This document shows positions 43,601 through 53,500 of a stretch of DNA of 64,000 nucleotides, one piece after another. How positions within the stretch are numbered: the stretch's first letter is position 1; each line of letters begins with the position of its first letter. Below the pieces are notes generated by a model, which was not told the origin of the DNA, did not search any database, and was given only the letters and a program-made list of their open reading frames with translations. A program made the position numbers and the translations under genes. Source of the stretch: a virus; IMG/VR virus record IMGVR_UViG_3300032053_000003, positions 94,392 through 158,391 of that record; one strand, given 5' to 3'.

Positions 43601-45419
43601 GACTACTGGTCCTACTGCTGATGAGTTATCATTCTGGACTTCAAAAGATCCCTGGCAGATTTCTGCAACTCCCTGGGAAGAGCATATTGTAGGAGTTTCA
43701 AGGACGAGTAAAGGTATGAATTGGTATGGTAATAACTGGCAATCACCTGGATGGCAACATCCGGGATTACATAGAAGTGATGGTTGGTCAAATGGTCATG
43801 AGACTATAATAGAAACATCGGGCTATAATGAACGCAAGGTTACACAGGTAAGCTACTCTGCTGAAACTCAAACCAAGGATATGGGAGATCGGATTATAGA
43901 TACTACGATAGCTCCTTATATTCGATCCAAAATCATTACTGTAACAGGTTCCAAACTTCGTCCTGCTGTTGAAATAGGGTTGAAGATGGATGATAAGGTT
44001 ATGTTCATGGTGCCTATAGCACCCACAGTTGCTGGTGCTCATTCTGGTTGTGTTATGACTGATGTAACAGGGAAATTCACTGCCAGGTTTACTATACCTG
44101 CAAACACTTTCAATACTGGTGAGAGATCTATCACTGCCTACAATTACAATGCCGAGCCTGATGATGATACAGGTGCCAGTGCTGTTTACAATGCATTTGG
44201 AATCGGTCAGACAAGGCAGAAAACCTATTTGAGTGCAAGCTACATCCAACCTAAGGAAAATGTGATAAGTGAACTTGAAGGTTTTGGCAGAGCCACAAAG
44301 GAAGTTGTACCTGTTGTACCTGAAATTGCATCGGCATTCAGTGGTTTTTCAGGTGCAGACCCTCTCTGTCAGTCTTTTATGTATGGAGTTTCCTTCTTCT
44401 TGAAAGAGGTAGGGTTATTCTTTGCATCAAAAGATACCACTCTCCCTATTACTGTTCAAATCAGGACAATGGAGAATGGGTATCCTGCTCCTGGTATTCT
44501 GGGGACGGTTGATGTTTATCCTGGGTCTATTAATGTTTCGGCTACAGCTGCTATTGAGACCAGAGTAAGCTTTCCAGAGCCTATCTTCATTGAAGCTAGT
44601 AAGTGGTATGCATTAGTTATCATGGCTGATGTTACTACCTACAATATGTGGATAGCCACTATGGGAGGTATTGATGTAACCACAGGCATGATGATCACTA
44701 AACAGCCTCATAAAGGTGTTCTATTTACATCTTCAAACAATGTTACCTGGGTGGCTGATCCTAATAGTGATATCAAATTCAATATGTACTATTGCCTATT
44801 CCCTAGTATGACTGGTGACCTTATTCTCAATTCGCAAACAGTGAATGCTTCTATTCTCAGTCTTGTCTCTACTGAAGTGCTTCCTGGTAATATTACTGAC
44901 CAGGCTACAGCATTGACATGGTATCTTGATGATAATCCTCCTTCAACTTATGATAAGGTAATGAGATCGAATGAGACTACCTATCTCAAATATGAAATAT
45001 CTCATGGTAGGTTGAAGGCCACTTTCACTACAAATAATAACTTGTTAAGTCCTGTTTTGAATCTTGAAAGGTTAGGGTTGCTGTACGCCAAGTATGACAC
45101 TGGAACAAAGTCCTATATTACTCGTAATGTAGATTTGTCATCTAATCCTTTTGGCACTCTCAAAGTAATTATTGAGATGAATAAGCCTACCAATACTAAT
45201 GTTCGTGTCTACTATTCCCTTGATGATGGTTACGTATGGATAGAGTTGATAGTTGATCCTATTGTCTATCCTCCGAGAGAGGTTGATAACTTCTGGACAG
45301 AATATCAGTTTGTTGATGAAGACCCTTCTGCTGAGCAATTCAGAATAAGGATTGACCTTATTTCTACTACAACAGTTGATACTCCAAGAGTTAGAAAGTT
45401 ACGTGCCATAGCATATTAG
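40689..45419 (+). CDS. giant tail fibre / receptor-binding protein (1576 aa) with an N-terminal FN3-like domain and three ~33-aa 'VDW…IDW..GGSEP..G..Y.VTYTY' repeats
   Basis: AAGGAG SD. FN3-like N-terminus. Repeats at residues ~450-700. Confidence 0.6.
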   Translation: [1576 protein letters not shown]

Positions 45420-45429
45420 GAGATAATAT

Positions 45430-45639
45430 ATGAGAAGAGACATGCATTCAAAAGCCATAGTGTTTCCTCCTGATCCACATAAACAGGCTGTAAAAGAGCA
45501 GAGGAAGAAGGCTGCTCATCAAGGTGATGAGATCCAGTTCTTGGCTGACTGTATTAATTTTCAACAGAAGACAATTGAAGATCAGGCTAAGCTCATAGAG
45601 GAGCTTTCAAAGAAAAAGAAGACTTCAACCTCTACCTAA
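45430..45639 (+). CDS. small basic/coiled-coil protein (69 aa)
   Basis: AGGAG SD. Sits between fibre genes. Confidence 0.45.
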   Translation: MRRDMHSKAIVFPPDPHKQAVKEQRKKAAHQGDEIQFLADCINFQQKTIEDQAKLIEELSKKKKTSTST

Positions 45640-45729
45640 GATTTTTGAAAATATTTCACTCCCTCGTAATACCTCTAACAGTTATGGTGATTGATAAATG
45701 GCTGATCTATTTAACCTTAATTTCTTCTA

Positions 45730-46938
45730 TTGCAGGTACTAGCTGTGTCTGACTGGTACACCGCTCACCTGTACAAAATCTATGAAGCTAAACATCATGA
45801 AAAATTCCATAGGAAATCTCTACCCCAATGGATAGGGTGGAATAATAAGTATAATCAATCACTTAACTATGAAGTCTATGATGTTCCTTCTGGTGTTTTT
45901 ATCAAGAGGATAATGCCCAAAAAGATACCTAAAGTAATGGAATTTTCCTTTATAGATAATAACAATTTCTTAAATACTGGACTATGCATTTATAGACAAG
46001 AGGATAAGCTTTACTGGTTTTCTCTTATCTTTGGTACTGTTATTGATAGGGATGATATCTTCTTTACACTACCTGCTGAGTATGAAGAAGTAACAGGACT
46101 CTATTATGCTTATATACATGATGTAAGAGTTCTTTGGAATGAGACAAAGATTATCTATATCTTTACAGTTTTAGGTCCAACACAAGTATATGCTGTTGAT
46201 GCAGAAAATCCCGACAAAATCTATAAAATAGACATGTCTGCAATTTCTGATAGTCCTTATAACTTCCCCCAAACCAAATGGATCTGTGATGAGGTAGTTA
46301 ATCCTTCTTTAGATATCAGGTTGTCAGATACTGCTATAGAAGGCAGTACTACGGACTATATAGGGTCTGGTATAGGAATCCATAAATGTTTTTATTGGAC
46401 AGGTGGTGAAGGAGATCTTCCTACATATTCTCCTACCAGGATAGCCTCTGTCGAAACTGTTTATAATGAAGACAATGATGATCTGATGTTCAAGACCAAT
46501 CTACCTCTAACCTTCTGGTGGAGGAATAGACCAAGTTCAGGAAGTTATCCTCCTCTTGATGGTGAGGATGAGAAAGATTTTGAACTGTCCACATTGCCCT
46601 ATCAGTATACCGGACCGTGGGCTTCTGGGACATCCTATATCACTGATCAAATAGTTTTCTTTGGATCTTCTAATTATAAATGTATTTCTAATCACACAGC
46701 TTCAGCTCTCAATGCTCCAGACCATATACCACCTCCACCTACTCCTTGGGTTCAGTTTGAGTTTGCAGCTCCTCTGGGGACTGCTGGGTACAGTTATGCA
46801 GTGGGGACTGTACCAACAGGCACCCTTGAGTACGAATGGGTTTCCTGGAGGTCTGATGCTGATAGGGAGTGGTTGGTAGGAGACAATGCAATCATTGTCA
46901 GAATAGGTGGGGGATTCGCTTATATACTTCTTTGTTAG
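45730..46938 (+). CDS. fibre-associated hypothetical protein (402 aa). Start unresolved: TTG 45730, GTG 45745 or an internal ATG
   Basis: Frame 1 opens at 45721. The first in-frame ATG is at codon 62. Confidence 0.45.
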   Translation: MQVLAVSDWYTAHLYKIYEAKHHEKFHRKSLPQWIGWNNKYNQSLNYEVYDVPSGVFIKRIMPKKIPKVMEFSFIDNNNFLNTGLCIYRQEDKLYWFSLIFGTVIDRDDIFFTLPAEYEEVTGLYYAYIHDVRVLWNETKIIYIFTVLGPTQVYAVDAENPDKIYKIDMSAISDSPYNFPQTKWICDEVVNPSLDIRLSDTAIEGSTTDYIGSGIGIHKCFYWTGGEGDLPTYSPTRIASVETVYNEDNDDLMFKTNLPLTFWWRNRPSSGSYPPLDGEDEKDFELSTLPYQYTGPWASGTSYITDQIVFFGSSNYKCISNHTASALNAPDHIPPPPTPWVQFEFAAPLGTAGYSYAVGTVPTGTLEYEWVSWRSDADREWLVGDNAIIVRIGGGFAYILLC

Positions 46939-46947
46939 GAGAATATT

Positions 46948-49900
46948 ATGGGAGCTTGGTCAACAACAACAGCATTAACCACAGCTGTTTATTACAATAT
47001 GTGTGTAGGGTCTCATGATGACTGTCTCTCTATTGGGGCTGCTGGACCTTCGGGTGCTGTAAACAAGTTCAATAGCTCTACCTGGGCTACTACTAATGCA
47101 TTGAATACAGCAAGGTATCAAATTTTTGCAGCAGGTTGTGGGGGAAATGCTTTAGCCTATGGAGGTTATACAGGCTCCTACGTTTGTTATACCACTGTAG
47201 AGAAGTTTACTGGATCAACCTGGACAACTACTACCAGTCTTCTTTCTGCCAGAGGTTTTGGAGGAAGTTTAGCAGGTTCTAATCCTCATGCAGGTACCAT
47301 GGCTGTCTGTGGTTTACAGAATGGTACAGGTAACCCTCAAACTACTAATGAATATTGGAATGGGTCTATTTGGGCTGTTACCTCTCTTCTTAATACCATG
47401 AGGACAGGCTCTTATTGTGCTGGTGATATGAATGGAGGTATGTGCTGTGGGGCAGGTATTATTGTAGAAAAATGGACAGGATCTGCTTGGTCTACTACTA
47501 GTTCATTCAGTAAATCCAGATTTCAGCATGGAGTAGCAGGAACTTCTACTAATTGGGTATTAGTTTATGGAGGGTATACAGGATCTAACGTAATGACCCT
47601 TGAATCCGAATTGTGGACAGGATCTTCTTGGATGACAGAATCAACTTGGACAGCAGGGACTGGTAGGTTTGGTTTTGGATTTTGTGGTGTTGGAGTGGGT
47701 GCTTTTATTGCTGGTGGGTATACAACTACATCAGCTACTGCCTGTTTTCGTTATAGGTCTGAAGGTGATGGATCTTTCAGAGTATGGTCATTAACCAGTA
47801 GTCTCAACACATCGAGGTATTTTCATATATCCTTTGGTAGTGCAACTGATGCCATAGCAGCTACAGGAGCACCTGGACCTATTGGTACCAGTGAAAAGTG
47901 GAATGGATCTGTTTGGACTACCACAGGTAGTGTGAACTCTCCTTGTTACCAGGCTACAGCCTTTGGAGATGCTACTGGAATATTAGCAGGTGGTTATTAT
48001 ACTTCAACACTAACCAGGACAGAAATATGGTCTGGATCTACCTGGGGTACAACAAGTGCTGTTCTTTCTGCTGGTAGTTATTCAGCTGCTGGAATTGGGT
48101 CTACCACAGCAGGTTTGTATATTGCAGGTTTTACTACTGTACCTCTTACTACTGTATCTAAGTGGAATGGTTCAGCGTGGGTGACATCTCCTCCTCTTAC
48201 AGTAACTCGTTTCTATGGAGGTGCATGTGGAATTACCTCTGCAGCTTTAGTCCCAGGAGGTGTAATTCCTTCTGGAGTTTCTGCTGTTACTTATACTTTT
48301 CTTGGTACTTCTTGGGCCACGACCACTGTTATTAATATAGCCAGAGAGAGGCAAGCTGTATGTGGATCAACCTCTAGTGCAATAGTAAGTGGTGGGTCTA
48401 CAGCAGCAGGTACTCCTACTTCTCCTTCATGGGCTCTGCTAGATTCCTGTGAACACTGGGATGGTTCTATTTGGTCAATTAAATCTGCATTGAATATAGC
48501 CAGAATAGCTCATACTCATGTAGGTACTGAATTAGCAGGTCTTGTTGCAGGTGGTACTGAAACAGGTGGTCTCATATTCCCTCATACAGAGATTAGCTCC
48601 AATTCATCTGTTGACTCTACTTACTTCACTTTATCAGGAGAGGTGGATGTCTCCTCAATTCCTACTGGGAATAGGACTGTAAGGCTTTATAACAGAGATA
48701 CAGGTAACCAATTCGGATCAGTTCTTTCAGGGGCAGGTGGAACTTTTAGCTTTACAGTGCCTGATGGGAATACAAGATATTTTGCTTTGGCATTTCCCAG
48801 TACTGGTGAATCCTATAATGCTGCTGTTGCCGATAATGTTCAACCTAAAACTCATACTGCCACATGGATGTATTCTGGAGCCTGGTCAACTACCAATGGA
48901 TTCTTGGTACCAAGACAGCAGGGTTTTGTAGCAGGAGTTACCTCTAAAGCAATAGCAGTCAGTGGATATACAGGGGCATCAATACCTATAACTTCTGTTG
49001 AAACCTGGTCTGGTAGTTCATGGGCATCCACTTCTAGTGTCAGTGGAGCCAGGTATGGTCATTCCTTATTTGGGAGTGGCACTAGAACCATGATGATTTC
49101 TGGTTATAATGCAGGTAACTTATTAACTTGTGAATATTATGGTGGTACCTCTTGGACAAGCACTACTGCTGTAACAATTAACAGAACATATGCTGGTTAT
49201 GTTGGATCTATAGGTGCAGGATTATTATGTGGTGGTATGGATGGAGCCAGTAATGTCCCTCTTGATTATACTACCAAATGGGATGGTTCATCTTGGACTA
49301 CTACCTGTACCATGCTTCATCCTCAATGTTTGGTTGCTGTATTTGGTAATACCTCAGCAGCAATAGCATCAGCAGGTAGAAGAAACGGTGGTCCTGAGGT
49401 ATATCATCAAGGAGAGAAGTGGGATGGGGTTGTATGGTCAGATACTTCTTCTCATATATATGGTGGCTATGTTTTCAGTGCTTGTGGATCTACTAATAGA
49501 GGACTCTGTGGTGGTGTAGCTGTAAGAGGTATTACTGTAAAAACAGCCTCCATCTGGAACGGATCTTCTTGGGCTACCACAACTGATCAGAATCAGGCTT
49601 TGGCATCTACTTTATGTGGTTACTGTGATGCTGCACTGTTGAGTGGTAATGTTGGATTGACTGAAATATTCAGGCAAGGTCTATCTTTATCAGGTGTCGG
49701 TACATGGACTACCACAGGATCTATTAATACAGGAAGACAGTGGGGTGCAAGTGCTGGAAATACTGGCAGTGCCTTATTCTTTACAGGTTATACTTCTGGT
49801 GGAATAAATAATAATGAGTATTGGTCAGGGTCATCCTGGGCAACAACGATTGCTCATACAGTAACTATGTGGGCATCATTAGGTCTAGGAGGTAGCTCAT

Positions 49901-50523
49901 CTGCTGTATTGAGTGTAGGGGGTGCTACAGGTGTAGGTGTCGCTTATAATGGTTGTTATACATGGAATGCCTCTTCATGGGCTACAACAACAGTTTTCCC
50001 TGTCAATAAATATGGAATTGCTGGAGTGGGAGATACCTCCTCAGCACTGTTATGCAAAGGGTTCACAACTGTAACTACCTCTACTGCATATAATGGTTTA
50101 AGTACCTCCTGGTCCACTACATCTTCTGCTAACGTCTCAGCATATAGTCCTATGATGTGGGGGATAACTTCAAGTGCAATGGTTGCTGGAGGTGGTCCTA
50201 ATACTGATGCTGTAGAGAAATGGGATGGATCTTCTTGGTCTATGACAACAAGTCTTCTCACAACTTTATTCGGAGCTGCCTCTGCTGGTAATACTTCTTC
50301 GGCTATTATTTATGGTGGAAATATTTCAGATTCAGGAAGTATTAAAACAGTAAATAATACGTTCAGGTGGACAGGTACAGTCTGGACAGTAACTACAAAT
50401 ATGATAACATCAAGAGCTACTCATCGGGGTATTGGGGATATGAGTAGTGCCCTGGCTTTTGGTGGCTATACTTCAGAGGGTGCTGTGTATCCAGTTTCTT
50501 GTGAAAAATGGAGTTATGTGTAA
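46948..50523 (+). CDS. giant Kelch-repeat beta-propeller protein (1191 aa), probable receptor-binding/fibre protein
   Basis: More than 20 repeats of W[NTD]GS.W.TT…R….G (e.g. KWNGSVWTTTGSVNSPCYQ…). AGGAG SD. Confidence 0.6.
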   Translation: MGAWSTTTALTTAVYYNMCVGSHDDCLSIGAAGPSGAVNKFNSSTWATTNALNTARYQIFAAGCGGNALAYGGYTGSYVCYTTVEKFTGSTWTTTTSLLSARGFGGSLAGSNPHAGTMAVCGLQNGTGNPQTTNEYWNGSIWAVTSLLNTMRTGSYCAGDMNGGMCCGAGIIVEKWTGSAWSTTSSFSKSRFQHGVAGTSTNWVLVYGGYTGSNVMTLESELWTGSSWMTESTWTAGTGRFGFGFCGVGVGAFIAGGYTTTSATACFRYRSEGDGSFRVWSLTSSLNTSRYFHISFGSATDAIAATGAPGPIGTSEKWNGSVWTTTGSVNSPCYQATAFGDATGILAGGYYTSTLTRTEIWSGSTWGTTSAVLSAGSYSAAGIGSTTAGLYIAGFTTVPLTTVSKWNGSAWVTSPPLTVTRFYGGACGITSAALVPGGVIPSGVSAVTYTFLGTSWATTTVINIARERQAVCGSTSSAIVSGGSTAAGTPTSPSWALLDSCEHWDGSIWSIKSALNIARIAHTHVGTELAGLVAGGTETGGLIFPHTEISSNSSVDSTYFTLSGEVDVSSIPTGNRTVRLYNRDTGNQFGSVLSGAGGTFSFTVPDGNTRYFALAFPSTGESYNAAVADNVQPKTHTATWMYSGAWSTTNGFLVPRQQGFVAGVTSKAIAVSGYTGASIPITSVETWSGSSWASTSSVSGARYGHSLFGSGTRTMMISGYNAGNLLTCEYYGGTSWTSTTAVTINRTYAGYVGSIGAGLLCGGMDGASNVPLDYTTKWDGSSWTTTCTMLHPQCLVAVFGNTSAAIASAGRRNGGPEVYHQGEKWDGVVWSDTSSHIYGGYVFSACGSTNRGLCGGVAVRGITVKTASIWNGSSWATTTDQNQALASTLCGYCDAALLSGNVGLTEIFRQGLSLSGVGTWTTTGSINTGRQWGASAGNTGSALFFTGYTSGGINNNEYWSGSSWATTIAHTVTMWASLGLGGSSSAVLSVGGATGVGVAYNGCYTWNASSWATTTVFPVNKYGIAGVGDTSSALLCKGFTTVTTSTAYNGLSTSWSTTSSANVSAYSPMMWGITSSAMVAGGGPNTDAVEKWDGSSWSMTTSLLTTLFGAASAGNTSSAIIYGGNISDSGSIKTVNNTFRWTGTVWTVTTNMITSRATHRGIGDMSSALAFGGYTSEGAVYPVSCEKWSYV

Positions 50524-53500
50524 ATGGCTTATATTCCTCCAGAAGGTGATAATGTTGTTCTTGATCTGACAGGAACATATTCTCCTCCTGATGGAGATAC
50601 TATTGTTTTAGATCTCCAATCTAACCCCTTCATAGCTGATAATCTTGAGGTTGAATGGGATACTGATCTTTGGGACCCTGCTCCCACTTCTGTCTTTTTA
50701 ACAACACCAAGATTTAGAGCTACTTTTAGAGATCTTTCAGCATTATCAGGAATAGCTGCTACTGGTGTAGAAATAGTAGTAACAGATCTATCTGATCTTA
50801 CTATTGTATGGGCTTCCGGTCTTATGGATTTTGCAGCAATGGATGCTGCAGGTCATCCTATATTAGATCCAGGAGTTCATTATCTTTACCCTGATGAAAT
50901 TTGTGCCGTAAGGTATAATCATAATGGGACAGCTGTTTCTCCTGGAGTATTACTTAGGGATGCTGAAAGCTATTCCATAGTATTCAAATACTGGGTAGGT
51001 GTTCTTCCCTCTGCTACTGCGGTTACATCTTTCACAATGGCTTCTGCTATTGCAGCCATTGATCCTGAAATGACAATTACTTATGTCATAGGCAGTGAAC
51101 TTGATCCCCCTCCAGGCCACATGATTGATGGTACTTGGTCAGCAGTATCCCCTCTTGCTAATGTACGTCCCATGAAGCCATGGTTCAGGGCAAAGTACTA
51201 CTCTTCCATAGCTGCGGTATCTGGTGCTCCTGATGAGTATTTGGTAACTGGTGTTTGGGTACAAGTAAGATATGCTGCCCCTCCCTATAATGTTGTGTGG
51301 GATTCTGGAGTACTTGATTTTACAGACTGGGATAATCCCCCTTACGATAAGCCGATTCTTCCCGATCACGGTCATGTCCTTCGTAGTGGTGAAACATGTG
51401 AGATAGTATATCAGCATGATGCTGTAAGTGGTTTAATGAGTCTTCCAAGAGATGGGAATTCTTATACTTGGAGGATGTTGTTTTTCTGTAAGCATGAAGG
51501 CATATACTCTGAATGGTCACCAGATTTTGAATTTAGTCAGTTTGAAGAGACCTGGGAAGCAACTAGTCTTCTTTGTGAGGGATTAACTAATCCTATAGGA
51601 GTTACTGATCTTAATCCTGAATTTGATGCTACCTTCTTGGCTTCTTATACAGAGTTTTACACACCAAAAATAATCTCTTATCAGCTTCAGGTGTCAGATG
51701 TAGTCAATTTTGCCACTGTGAGATGGGATACAGGTGAGATCTTTGAAGCACATACTCCTGATCCTTATGCTTCTCTCTTAACTATCGAGTACCCTTTAAC
51801 TGATCTTAGACGTACTGGACTTACTCTTTATTGGAGAGTAAAATTAAAAATAGACACTGAATGGCTACCTTTTGGTATGGAGCTTGATTGGTTTGCCGTA
51901 CAGAATTGGACATTTTTTGAAGAAATATGGTCAGCAAGTAATATACGAACAAATGGTCTGACTACACCTACGGCATTAAAAGATTATTATCCTGAGTTCA
52001 CTGCTCAGTTTAATAATAACTATGCACCAGCACGAGCTACTGATGTACAGTTTCAAGTAATAAATACTGTACCCTCAGAATATTATATCAGGTGTGCCAA
52101 TTATGACTCTACAGATATTGTTACTATAGGAAATGTAGCACCCTTAAGGATCATTGGGGATCTCACTCTTGAATTTTGGATTAGACCTACAAATATTAGC
52201 TACAACAGGCAGAACATCATCGATAAGTGCTATGGTGGTGAATATACCTTAACCTTGGAAACTAATGGTTCTCTGAACTATTTCCATGGAACATCTGGAT
52301 CAGAAGCAGCTCCTTATATTGCTAGATTGTGGAATCTAGGTTTAGTGAATGGTACCTGGTACCATATTGCCATAGTCAGGAATTATACTACACACTCGGT
52401 CAGGTGTTATGTTGCTACAGGTCATGGTACCCATGTTGATTGGGGGGAGGGTGCAGGAGCTGCTTGGATCAATCCAGTAGTCAGTACTGGATTAGTCAGA
52501 TTAGGCAGAGGCTATACTGGATTCTCTTATAATGGAGATCTAGTTGAAGTAAGATTTTGGAACACTGTCAGGACAATAGCACAGCTAAATACTTACTATA
52601 GATTGAGACTACTTGGTTCTGAGACTGGTTTAGTAGGATACTATAAGTTGGAGGAGACAACAGGAAATGCTATAGATTCCTCTCTCTCTGAGTGTCATGG
52701 AATAGTAACAGGGGTATCCAGGCTTTTGAGTACACTATTGTTTATAAATCCTTTAGGAAGTAGCACAGTAAAGTGGGACTCTGGGTGGATTGAACTTACC
52801 CCACATTTAGAACCAGGTCAGTCATGTCCTACTGTCTATTACCCTCAACCTTACCCTGATGATGATGAAGGTTTCTATTATGATCAAACTCAGTTTATTA
52901 TTCAAGCAAGATATAAGCTTATTACTGAATATGAAGATATAACATCTTACGCTGTTGATCACTTTACAATGGGAAAAGCTAACGTATCTGCTTTATACCC
53001 TCGTGTTGACTACGTTCATGGTACTCTTAGAGTTAGGGGTCCCTTTCCTGGTTTTGATGCTCAGTATGATTCAGATGCTTACAATGCTCTTTATCCTGTA
53101 GAAGATCCTCGTGAGTATGTAACTTTTGTCCATATCCAAGTAAGCACTTCTTCTACAGTTTGGACATCTCTTGTATGGGAGACTACTGGAGATGGATATT
53201 GGGCTGAATTAGATCCTCATTTTCTATCTATACCTCTCACATATAGTGATATGAAACGAATGGGGAATGGAGAACCTCCTTATCTTTTGGCATATGATAC
53301 TGTTTACTATTGGAGGATTCAGTTTAAGAATGAGAGAGGAGTAGAGGGAGACTGGTCCGAAGTAATGCAGTTTACTTATGTGGGAACTGTATTAAGTGTA
53401 GTATCTGATACCGATATTATTAATTGTTTTTATCGTAATGAGATAGATGATCTTGAAGAATGGGAGATGTATGCTGAGACAATATCTGGAAGCATATTCT

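Noticed and set aside
40164-45419. Diversity-generating retroelement acting on the fibre gene
   Set aside because: There is a duplicated gene-end segment next to a fibre gene, but no reverse transcriptase or accessory gene anywhere in the window, and the duplicate is 100% identical, with no A-specific mutagenesis.
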